Shown: positions 11,234 through 21,110 of the stretch, one piece after another
Position numbering within the stretch: position 1 is the stretch's first letter
How the letters are laid out: the number at the start of each line of letters is the position of its first letter
Source: Tubulanus polymorphus
Lineage: Eukaryota > Animalia > Nemertea
Assembly (NCBI RefSeq): GCF_964204645.1
Contig: NC_134031.1
Coordinates: 11,968,088-12,032,087 of the forward strand
Length of the DNA stretch: 64,000 nucleotides
Direction of reading: 5' to 3'
Translations under genes and position numbers: made by a program
Notes under the pieces: generated by a model
The model's database searches: none
Told to the model about the DNA's origin: nothing
What the model saw: only the letters and a program-made list of their open reading frames with translations

Positions 11234-12482
11234 ATGAGTGGGAGTTATATAAGTCCTTCCAAGATTTCTAGAATATCTAATGCTATTAAAGCAGAAAGAT
11301 CACATCATATAATTACTCATAACCCTTCAAATATTAATCCCGATGAAACTTTATATGTTAGAATCCCTCGATTAACACAAAATACTTTTTATGTTCCAAA
11401 TAGTATTTATTTATCAGCCGATATAAAAGTAACTGGCCATGATAACAATTATGTTGTTGATAATGTTGGAAGATATTTGATTAAAAAATTAACTATAAAG
11501 ATTGGTCCGGAAACAGTTTTCTCATTAGATGATTATAATTTATTTATGCATTATAAAGATTTATGGTTAACTAAAGAAAATAGAAATAATATGATATTTC
11601 AAGGCATCCAATCGGAAAACCATAATAAATTAAGATCTGAAGCCAATAATGCAGTAGTAACTCGTGCCACAGATAATTTGATTAAAAAGATTTATGGAAG
11701 CAAATATAAAATTCCATTAGACTTTGAATTGATAAATAATAATGCACCTTTATATAAATACGCAATTCAAGAAGATATTATATTTGAGATAACATTTGCT
11801 CCTGTAAATGAAATTGTATTATCTAGCGTTGTTAAAGATATGGGTTATAAATTATCGAATATATGTTTAGAATATAACACAGTAACTAATGAAAATATTG
11901 CTAGCACAATTCAAACTCAATACAATCAAGGATTTTCATTATTATATGATTATATTGATAAATTTAAAACTGTAACTATTAATGCAAATGATGAAATAAT
12001 TAATGAGAATATTAACTTTCCTAGAAGATCTATTAAAGGTATATTAATATTTTTTTACTATTGCAACATATTCCAATGGTGCAATAAATGTTGATAATTA
12101 TTATAATCCTGAAATAACAAAAGTAGAAATAACTATTGAAGGTATAGCGAATAAAATATTTTGTCAAGGAATGAGAATGATTGATCAATGGCCAGAAATT
12201 AAAAAACATTTTATGAATGAAAAAGTAAAATCATTTGAAAATTGTAATATTAATCAAATTGATTATTATACCGGTAATAAATATGCATTATGGTTAGATT
12301 TTAGAACAACTGAAGATAATTCATTACATGGTTCTGGAAAAAAACTACAGAACACTAAAGATGGAATACAATTATTCATGAAAAAGAATAAAGGAATCAA
12401 AAATTTTAAAATGCATATTTATATTATATCTGACGCACAATTAAATATTGTAAATTCACAATTAGATAGTATTCAATATTAG
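11234..12482 (+). pseudogene. Major capsid protein (double jelly-roll-like), +1 frameshift in T-run near 12050-12056
   Basis: Colinear with 30530..31776. About 415 aa when repaired, beta-rich and next to INT/ATPase. T7 here versus T6 in copy B. Confidence 0.7.
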
Positions 12483-12512
12483 AAATATAAAGTTAAAATT
12501 AAGGATATATAA

Positions 12513-13640
12513 ATGAGTGGTAAAAAAACTCCTAATATTAAAGAACAATATTTAAGAAATTTATATTACAACCCTGAGAGTTCGGTTGCTTATTCTTCTA
12601 CTAAAAATATATGGCGTAAAGTAAAACAAGATAAATTAGATAAGATAATCCCACAAAATTTAGTTAAACATAAAGATATAAATGAATTTATGTTAGAACA
12701 ACCAACATATACAACACATAAAAAAATTGTTAGAAAATATAAAACTCGTAAAACTATGGTAAGTTATGTAGATCAACAGTGGCAAGGAGATTTAATTGAT
12801 ATGAAAAATGTTAAGAAAGATAATGATGATTATTGGTGGTTATTGAATATAATTGATATTTTTAGTCGTTATGTATGGAGCTTCCCACTTTATAGAAAAG
12901 ATGCTGTACAAACATCAAATGTTTTAAGAAAATTTCTTTCGGATGATAAACTAAAACCAGAAAAAATACAATTTGATGATGGAAAAGAATTTGATAATTC
13001 ACTTGTTCATGGACTTTTAGATTTTCATAATATTAAATATTTTTCAACAAAATCGGATAAAAAAGCAGCAGTTGTTGAACGATTTAATAGAACATTAAGA
13101 ACAAGAATGTGGAAATATTTTACAGCAAATAATACTTTTAAATGGATTGATGTTTTACCAAAATTGATAGAAGGATATAATAATTCTTATCATTCTTCTA
13201 TTGGAATGAAACCTATTGATGCTAGAAAACCTGAAAATGCTGAAATTGTTTGGAATAATTTATATGGAGCATTTCTTGTAGATGATTTTGGTGAACCTAA
13301 ATTTAAAGTTGGTCAAAATGTTAGAATTTCTAAGTATAAAAAGATATTTGATAAAGGATACGATCGAAATTTTACTAGAGAAATATATAAAATAAAAAAG
13401 GTAATAACAACTAAACCATATGTCTATAAATTAGAAGATTTAGATGGTGAAGAAGTTGATGGATATTTTTATGAAGAAGAATTAAGTTTAACTACTGAAA
13501 ATCTAGAACAAGAATATAAAATTGAAAAAGTACTAAAAACAAAAACTATTAAAAGAAAAAAATATTCTTTAGTAAAATGGGTTGGATGGCCAGATAAATT
13601 CAATGAATGGATATTATCAAGTAAAATTAAAAATATATAA
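12513..13640 (+). CDS. Retroviral-like (rve) integrase with C-terminal chromodomain
   Basis: DDE motifs WQGDLIDM, IQFDDGKEF, VVERFNRTL; chromodomain YKIEKVLK...LVKWVGWPDKFNEWI. Confidence 0.95.
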   Translation: MSGKKTPNIKEQYLRNLYYNPESSVAYSSTKNIWRKVKQDKLDKIIPQNLVKHKDINEFMLEQPTYTTHKKIVRKYKTRKTMVSYVDQQWQGDLIDMKNVKKDNDDYWWLLNIIDIFSRYVWSFPLYRKDAVQTSNVLRKFLSDDKLKPEKIQFDDGKEFDNSLVHGLLDFHNIKYFSTKSDKKAAVVERFNRTLRTRMWKYFTANNTFKWIDVLPKLIEGYNNSYHSSIGMKPIDARKPENAEIVWNNLYGAFLVDDFGEPKFKVGQNVRISKYKKIFDKGYDRNFTREIYKIKKVITTKPYVYKLEDLDGEEVDGYFYEEELSLTTENLEQEYKIEKVLKTKTIKRKKYSLVKWVGWPDKFNEWILSSKIKNI

Positions 13641-14249
13641 ATGAATAAGGAATTATTCATATTTGAGCCTCATAATATGTTAATTTCTGGCGTAACAAAT
13701 TGTGGAAAAACTTATTTCATACTAAATTTATTAGAAACTGTTTATAAAAACTATTTTGATAATATAGTATTATTTTGTCCAACATATGAATTTAATCAAA
13801 CTTATGATAGAAATATTACTAGGAATAATAAATTTATTATATTAGATCCTAAAACAGTAAAAGAAAATTTAGATAATTGTATAAAAATAGCAATTGATAT
13901 TTATAAAGGATCAAATACATTATTTATCATAGATGATTGTGCAAATTTACATGATTCAAAAATTAGAGAAAGTGAGTTATGCTATTTAGCTTTCTCTGGG
14001 AGACATTTTGGGATAACAACTTGGGTTTTAAATCAAAAATATAATTCAATTGTTAAAGACTTTAGAGAAAACATTAGATTTCTAGTTTTATTCTACAATA
14101 AAGATAGAAAATCAATGAAAAATGCACTTGAGGAAAATGATATTATTCCACATGATTTACATAATGAATATATGGATAAGTTGAAAAATATTAAAAGATC
14201 AAAATTACTATTTAGATTACAACACCCATTTAAATATGAATTTATTTAA
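13641..14249 (+). CDS. A32/FtsK-like genome packaging ATPase
   Basis: Walker A GVTNCGKT, Walker B LFIIDD, SGRHFGIT motif. Confidence 0.92.
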   Translation: MNKELFIFEPHNMLISGVTNCGKTYFILNLLETVYKNYFDNIVLFCPTYEFNQTYDRNITRNNKFIILDPKTVKENLDNCIKIAIDIYKGSNTLFIIDDCANLHDSKIRESELCYLAFSGRHFGITTWVLNQKYNSIVKDFRENIRFLVLFYNKDRKSMKNALEENDIIPHDLHNEYMDKLKNIKRSKLLFRLQHPFKYEFI

Positions 14250-14515
14250 ATTCAACTAGCTTGTTAATCTAATTGAATTCTAGTTGAATTCTAGTTATTG
14301 GTAGTTGTAACAAAAATCAACTAGATTTAACAATATTTTAACTAGCTTGTCAATCTAGTCTAATTCTAGTTACATTCTAGTTGAATTCTAGTTGTTAGTA
14401 GTTGAAACAAAAATCAACTAGATTTAACAAGAAATAAACAAAAACAACAATATTTCAACTAGCTTGTTAATCTAGTTGAATTCTAGTTACATTCTAGTTG
14501 AATTCTAGTTGCAAC
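14250..14515. repeat. Complex CTAGTT-based tandem/inverted repeat array
   Basis: About three units starting CAACTAGCTTGTTAATCTAGTTGAATTCTAGTT, with internal inverted copies TCAACTAGATTTAACAA. Confidence 0.8.
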
Positions 14516-14542
14516 AACACAACTAATTTATTTGTTTTATAA

Positions 14543-15148
14543 ATGGGAGGTGAAAAGAAAATAAAATCTAAAAATGGTGATGTTCCAATTGAAAAAACTT
14601 TAGATAATTTAGGAATAACAGAAACAAAATTAACTCCAGATGATGGTGCTTTAAATAATGTTACAACAAATAATAATTATGAATATTATCTTTATTGCAA
14701 ACATCAATTAGAAATATTAATAGCATCTGGAAAATGTAAAAAATTTGTCGATAAAAATTTAACTTATAATGAATTAGATACAATGAAATCAGTTGAAATT
14801 ATTAGATTATTTAAGATTTATGAAGCCGCGAGAACAGCTAAAATTAATGACGCGATATCAGAAAATGTAGTAAAAGGTTATAGTAAATTATGTAATTATA
14901 TACTACCAATTGAAGATGAAAATAGATTATATTCCGATTTAAAAAATGATTATTTAGTTATGACTGAATTAAATAAATGGATTGGATATTTATCATTTCA
15001 ATTAGGTGGATTTATGACATTATTATCAACTGGGGTTATAACATTTTCAAATATTGAAAGTAAAAATATTTCTATAATAAATGAGCGAAGTGAAAGAAGT
15101 GAAGGAATTAACTGTGAAGAAAAAACCGAGAACTCAGAAACAAATTGA
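14543..15148 (+). CDS. Conserved hypothetical protein with C-terminal hydrophobic segment
   Basis: Homologue at 34991..35593 (minus); TAAATG start. Confidence 0.75.
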   Translation: MGGEKKIKSKNGDVPIEKTLDNLGITETKLTPDDGALNNVTTNNNYEYYLYCKHQLEILIASGKCKKFVDKNLTYNELDTMKSVEIIRLFKIYEAARTAKINDAISENVVKGYSKLCNYILPIEDENRLYSDLKNDYLVMTELNKWIGYLSFQLGGFMTLLSTGVITFSNIESKNISIINERSERSEGINCEEKTENSETN

Positions 15149-15449
15149 ATGGTCTCGACAATTAGGAATTAAATCACAAGAATATAAAAAAGCTGTAAAA
15201 GAAAAAATAAGTAATAAAAATGTTAATAAAAATGGTGAAAATATTGTTATTTCTACTCCTTCTGATAGTAGAATATTTGATAAATATTTATATTTTACAG
15301 TTGGATTTGTAATTGTATTCATTTTGATTGGGTGTAATTGGTATAAGAAATCAAATAAAATTCATGATATTAGTAATTCTGAACCAACTGCTATCAAAAA
15401 TGAAAGTACTTCTGAAATTCCAAAATTGATAATAAAAAAAATGGATTAA
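15081..15449 (+). CDS. Basic N-terminus, single-TM protein
   Basis: Homologue at 34591..34998 (KQIxWxRxLG motif); TAAATG start. Confidence 0.7.
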   Translation: MSEVKEVKELTVKKKPRTQKQIEWSRQLGIKSQEYKKAVKEKISNKNVNKNGENIVISTPSDSRIFDKYLYFTVGFVIVFILIGCNWYKKSNKIHDISNSEPTAIKNESTSEIPKLIIKKMD

Positions 15450-15601
15450 TATTTTAGAAAAAAAGCAAAAAAAATAATTTTTTTTAATTAATTGAATATC
15501 TCACTACTTTTGTCTATCTATGTGGAGCAATTAAATTGTCCAGATAAGTCATTTCGGATTCTAGATAACCATTATTTTTATTAATTTATTTTTTAAAAAA
15601 T

Positions 15602-15928
15602 TTAATCAACAATTTCTAAATCATGATGACCGTCTTCATTTTTCCCATGATATATTATTTTAAATCCTACTAAATCTTTCAATTCCTCCGTACTCAATGA
15701 AACCCATTAATCAGGTAAAAACACTTTAAATTCTCGTGATGTACTAACATTACAGTAGCTTAAATTAGCTGATACTTTCTCTCCATATTTAGTTTTTATC
15801 TTTTCTAATTTCAATATTTTATGTTCAATTTCTTTTGTAACATCAACTAACTTTTTTATTTCAAATTGTTTTTTTGCTGGTTTTATTCTGTTATTTATTG
15901 TTGCTAAGAATGCTTTTCTATCTCCCAT
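15602..15928 (-). pseudogene. Small conserved protein (possible OB-fold/ssDNA-binding), internal TAA at 15707-15709
   Basis: Reads through the stop as FLPD*WVSLSTEELKDLVGFKIIYHGKNEDGHHDLEIVD, matching the intact 113-aa ORF 25061..25402. Confidence 0.75.
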
Positions 15929-15931
15929 TTA

Positions 15932-15996
15932 TTAGGAAAAAAAATTACTTGTGGTGATGAGTGTTAGGAAAAAAAAATTACTTGTGGTGATGAGTG
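15932..15996. repeat. Two ~32-bp direct repeats in the subterminal region of Polinton A
   Basis: TTAGGAAAAAAAATTACTTGTGGTGATGAGTG x2. Confidence 0.85.
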
Positions 15997-16046
15997 GTGT
16001 CTCGTCCTCTCGTCCTCTGGTATGAAAGCCACATATTCTAATTACT

Positions 16047-17932
16047 TTTGACATTCCTAAAATTCTACAGAGCTCGGATATTACCTTCGACTCGAAGTTC
16101 CTCCCTTGGTCGGAATGCAGTACGGCAGGAATTCCAAATTTTTTCACGTAATGGTCATGTAAAACACGAGCCACACCGACGGCAGACTGATTTCGAGTCG
16201 CAAACGCTAACGCGTATTTCGTGAAATGGTCCGTGACCACGAGCACATCCTCGTAACCACCAGAGGGCTCCAATTTCATAAAATCCACACAAAACATTTC
16301 CATAGGATAAGTCGTCGCAATCGGTACCAGAGGCGCAATCGAAGGTGGACTTTTGAACAACACGCAACGTGAGCACGTTCTCAGATATTTCTCCACATCC
16401 GACTTCATTCCTGGCCAGAAAAATCTACCACTTACGAGTGCCATGGTACGATCACGTCCGGGATGCGACATCTCACCATGTAACAAGCGCAATACCATCG
16501 AGCGCTCGGACTTCGGTAGGACGATCTGGAAGAGTGTTTGTCCATCCATCCATTTCTTCCGACACAATACACCTTCCTTCATCACTAAATTTGGTAAATG
16601 TCGCTTGAAACGCTTCTCTTCTTTCGTTTTCAGAAAAACTTTGTTACCGGTTTCCAAAGAAAGAATAAGGCTACGTAAAACAGGGTCTTCCTTTTGTTTC
16701 AAGGCAATGTCCACCTCACCGACCACAAAACGCCTCTCCGACTGTCCTTCGGTAACCATTAAACCCTCGCAAATCGCTTCTATCACATTCTCCCCGAGGC
16801 GAAGCCTCGATAGAGCATCCGCATCGGTGTTGTTGGCTCCGCTGCAGTACACCAACTCCAAGCGAAAAGGATACGGCAGTTCCCCATTGCGTTTCCGAAC
16901 TAACACCACAGGTGACGAATATGGAGAAGATGAAGGCCGAATTATTCCTGCGTCGAGCATCATTTTCAAGTGTTGACGCACTTCATCTATCATTCCGGGC
17001 GGCACGCGGCGATAGCGTTCTTTAACAGGAGTATCTTCTGTCAAACGGATCCGATGTTTCACCAAGTCAGTCCCTGTCGAACCCAGCTGCTAACGACCCG
17101 TCATGACTAGAAACATCCTGATTCGATATCTTTTTGCTACTATAAACACTATTTACATTCGTTTCACGTTTCGAACTAATACCAGTACAAGCATCAGTGA
17201 ACTTTACTTCATCCGTTCCCACATCTTTCCCGCAGCTTCTCGGTGATCCAATCCAGCTAACCTCACAGGATCGACGTAGAAAACGTTAGCTAACGGAGTC
17301 TTCGCAGGAATTTTTACGGAGGTAGCCCCAATATTACGTACGATCACGGATACCCTATTATACTTACCCCTATTTACAGACGAAACTGACGGCGCAACGA
17401 TTAAATTACCGGGAAGCGTGACGGAAACTTGCGATGTCATCACGTTGAGATCTCCTAGTACTGGAGTTCGCAATATCCCTTTCAATACCATCTCTGAGTA
17501 GGGACCAACTTCGAAAAAAGTATCAGTTTTCACAACAGCATCTTCTGCCTCACTCATCTGATTCACATGTGCCTTCCATGGCAACGGCAAACTTTCCTCA
17601 GACGCATCTAACTGTCGTAGCAGATTTGTTCCTAAAATCACCGGGACTTGTTGCTGATAATCAGTCGTTGGGACAACCAGACATAGCACCCAATGGAACT
17701 GACGTCCTACATCGACTTTAACTTCGGAATAGCCCAAATACGGCAACGAGTGTCCACCGGCGGTAGTTGCATCTAGGATCTCTTCCAACGGGTTAATTTG
17801 AATTCCCATTTCATCAACAAATTTTTTTGACAAAGTCGATACCATGGCCCCGGTATCTATTAATGCGGTACAGCTCCTCCCGTTCACTAGCACATCCATT
17901 TCACTGGCGGGTCCGAGCAAACCATCTATCAA
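16047..17932 (-). pseudogene. Gypsy pol: aspartic protease, RT/RNase H mostly deleted, integrase truncated by Polinton A
   Basis: ALIDTGAMVS protease; RT start VVLVRKRNGEL fused directly to the RNase H end ADALSRL; HHCC zinc finger; VDFM and LHSDQGRNFES core; frame break at 17065-17204. Confidence 0.9.
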
Positions 17933-18012
17933 CTCCTCCTTGGTTATAGTGTCGGGTTTTGGACGTTCGCGTTGGGGGCGTGGTCGTCCCTCTCCACAGC
18001 CCCTTGACCGTT

Positions 18013-20011
18013 TTAATTCACATCCCTCGATGAAGGTCTCGATCCATTCCCCGGACAGTTTTTATAAAAATGCTCTGCTACTTTGCCACACTTAAAACAT
18101 CGATAAGTAGGCGGAGGCATAGGTGTAGGCGTCGCTGGCATCTTGCTCCACTCCGGGCAATTTTTTATATAATGGCCAGGCTGACGACATTTATAACATG
18201 CCTTCCCTACACCGACATCTTTCTCAAGTCTCCTAAGTCGACTATCCATTTCGGAAACCTTGGTGACCAGATCCTTCATTTCTCGATGCATATCATCTAA
18301 CTTTTTCTCCAATTTCACCTCGAAATCACGGGATGTACCGGTTTCCTTCACTATATTCGACATGGCGGCTCGATGCCCCACTTCCCGCGGTATCGCCTTA
18401 CTTCGAGCGGATGATCCCAGAGACTCTTTACTGATCACGAGTTCCTGCTCGACGACCCGAGCTTCAAGAACCAAATCTTGGAAAGACGCCGCGGTTTGCA
18501 ATAACGGACGCACAGCAATTTTTATTTGGGCATTTACCAACCCCGCACAAAACTGATTTCTGACGACCTCGTCCGAAATATCACATGAAAGTCCACGTAA
18601 ATCATCCAACCGACAAGCCCACGAAGCAACATCTTCGTGCGGTTCCTGTTTTGCCGTATAAAAATTCATCATAACCTGTGAGGGTGACAATACACTAGGC
18701 CTACCGAAAATCACTGAAAATTTGTCGATTACCTGTTTCACAGTTACAGACTTGCCCATTGACAGCAATAACTTAGCCGCCGCACCCTTAACCGACCGAC
18801 GAATAGCAGAAATTAAGGTACTGGGACTTATAGTAGTGTGACAGTGGTATTATTGAGTTTCAACAGCAGTCTCAATTCATAGGCAGTGCTGCCATCTTCT
18901 AACGATATCTTAAACTATTCCGCATTCATTATCCAACTCATTCAACAGTGCCATCTTTCGTGATAAAACTTTCGAACTTTGTTCCAGCGTCAGCTTTCAT
19001 ATAACTTTTTGTACTGAGATTGAACCTTAGGAAAATTACGACTAATGCGCGTCAGTTGCTCGTAAGTATTTGCTTCTGCGAGCAACGACTGCCGCTGAAG
19101 AACATAATTCAAAGTTAATGTTACATTTTTCTGGGAAACTGTCACGTATAATGTCCTTTTGTAATGATTTCGGTTGAATAATGATATTTTTATGGGCAAC
19201 GCTGTTGCGCTAACGACAAATTAACGGTCTTTGGCAATGTCATTCGCTAATGAGATGGGTTGGAGAATTGACTATATATACTGGGGTTTTTGGACCGTGG
19301 GGGAGACCGCTAGAAATTTTTAGATCGTTGAGATCGGTTCGTGAAATAAAAGTAATTTTGAAGACAGGAACTCTGTGTGTTGCGACTCGTTTATTCTTGG
19401 ACGTTTGTTAACATTCTATCACTCAAGTGGAATTCAAAGATCCCGTTAGTGACAGTAGGATCACCCTGTAAACAATTAACCTCATTTTTCCATTGCCTAA
19501 AATCCGCTTCTCCTTTACCCCTTTCGCCGCTAAATGAACTTATACGGATATTGCTCCCGAAAGAAACAAACGGGAACCCGCCGGAATTTTTATTAGATAA
19601 TTCCGAGAACCCAGGTTTGGCTGTCAAAACAGGGGATGAAAGACCGAAATCAAGGGTTCTTTGTATTCTCTCTTTTTTTCCTGACCCCCGCTGAACATTA
19701 TCTACAATCTGTTGAGCACGGTTTAAGGCCATCTTATCCAATTCAACCTGTAGTTGCTCGACCACAGAACCTACGTCACTCAAATCTTTGAGGGGAAAAA
19801 CGGTTACCCGATTCGAGTTAATAATGATGTGATCCCGTGTAGCCAATAGTTTCTCCACACTCTCTACTCTAAAAAACACTACCAAATAACCATCATTTCC
19901 TTGCTTCAATAGTTCTATTATACCATGAGAACGTAACGCCCTCTGAAGCTCCTCAGCAGAAACTAATTGTGGGTCAACCTGCGCAACTAACCCACGATCC
20001 TGTAATGACAT
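18013..20011 (-). pseudogene. Gypsy gag (PNMA-like capsid plus CCHC zinc knuckles), split by solo LTR
   Basis: Removing 18837-19458 restores ...CLQGDPTISPSTLISAIRRSVKG...; knuckles CYKCRQPGHYIKNC and CFKCGKVAEHFYKNC. Confidence 0.88.
18837..19454 (+). mobile_element. Solo LTR of an unrelated LTR retrotransposon (618 bp)
   Basis: TGTGAC...GTGACA ends, 4-bp TSD GTAG (18833-18836 and 19455-19458), internal TATATA and AATAAA. Confidence 0.82.
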
Positions 20012-20652
20012 GTTGCTGAGCTTCCGTTTTCCACCCAGAAATAAATGTTTATCTGTATTAATATCCCAAGGTAAATGTCAACTCCGGTACGCTGAGTCGT
20101 TGCTACTAACAGACCTACCTTTTACAAGTGTGCTTACAGCACAATTAAGCTCACAAACTAAAAACTGAACCTACTTAAGCCAGTTTAAGTCAAATCAAAA
20201 TTTTTAATTAATGAAGCATGAGAACTCGTAAGTGAAACTAAATGAATGATTACCCACTCGTCAGGTACAGCTAGTTAAGTTAACAGTAGAAAACAGACAC
20301 CTTAATATTGTTCTCAGCAAAACCAATCAAAATTCATGCACATCACCTTTAATTAAATACATAAACTTAAACCCTACCCCTGACTCCTGGTCAGGATAGC
20401 AAAAATCAAATCAAGTTTTGAAGGAAATAAATCGGAAAAATATAAAATAATAATTGACTTTTTTCAGTCACGAAAATAAATGTAAGTCACACTTTCACCA
20501 CACACCGACTAATCAACGAAAAAAGAGTCACTCCCAGCTGGGAACGCAATGTACATAAACGCAACACAGACGCAAGCAAAATAAAACAAAACTGACTAAA
20601 GAGCGATGTCTCTTCCAGTCAGGGAAACAAAACACAAATCGCAACACACAAG

Positions 20653-21110
20653 AGTAATAGGGGTAATAGGCTTTCAGATCAAAGGTCGAACGGTCGAGCT
20701 CGTAAAAAATGAAAAACATAAAAATAATTACAATTTCTACTTGAATTACTCGCGAAACTCATAAAAATGAAAAATAAATTCTCACACGCTCGAATTTATT
20801 TTTCATTTTATGAGTTTCACTCCTAATTCAAGTAGAAATTGTAATTATTTTTATGTTTTTCATTTTTACTCACCCGCCCGTTCAACCTTTAACCCGAAAG
20901 CCTATTACCCCTATTACTCTTAAAATATTCATATATATATGAATAACATTTAAATCATTGAACTTCTAAAATCAATTTTAATAAAAAATATAGTATTAAA
21001 ATGGAAGCAAATAAGTACTACTGCCCAACATGTAAGATAAATATAGATAAGTCTCAAAAAGCAAGACACAATAAAACTAAAACACATTTAGAGAATAAAT
21101 TGAAACTAGA
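20653..21110 (+). repeat. Left TIR of Polinton B (contains 266-nt hairpin 20653-20918 and the first ~37 PolB codons)
   Basis: Reverse complement of 38468-38925, with about one mismatch seen. Confidence 0.95.

Larger units (their letters stand above)
1..16046 (+). mobile_element. Polinton/Maverick-like endogenous virus, copy A (left end outside window), inserted in Gypsy integrase
   Basis: pPolB, penton, MCP, integrase and packaging ATPase are present. The right end read on minus (AGTAATTAGAATATGTGGCTTTCA) resembles the copy B terminus (AGTAATAGGGGTAATAGGCTTTCA), and Gypsy integrase homology stops exactly at 16047. Predicted TSD TTTGAC (16047-16052). Confidence 0.9.

Noticed and set aside
11234-12482. 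Programmed frameshifting in MCP
   Set aside because: The frameshifts are at different sites in the two copies, and each site is intact in the other copy.
15932-17065. Intact 377-aa novel RT-integrase fusion gene
   Set aside because: It results from an internal RT/RNase H deletion, and its last ~38 codons are read-through into the Polinton A terminus.
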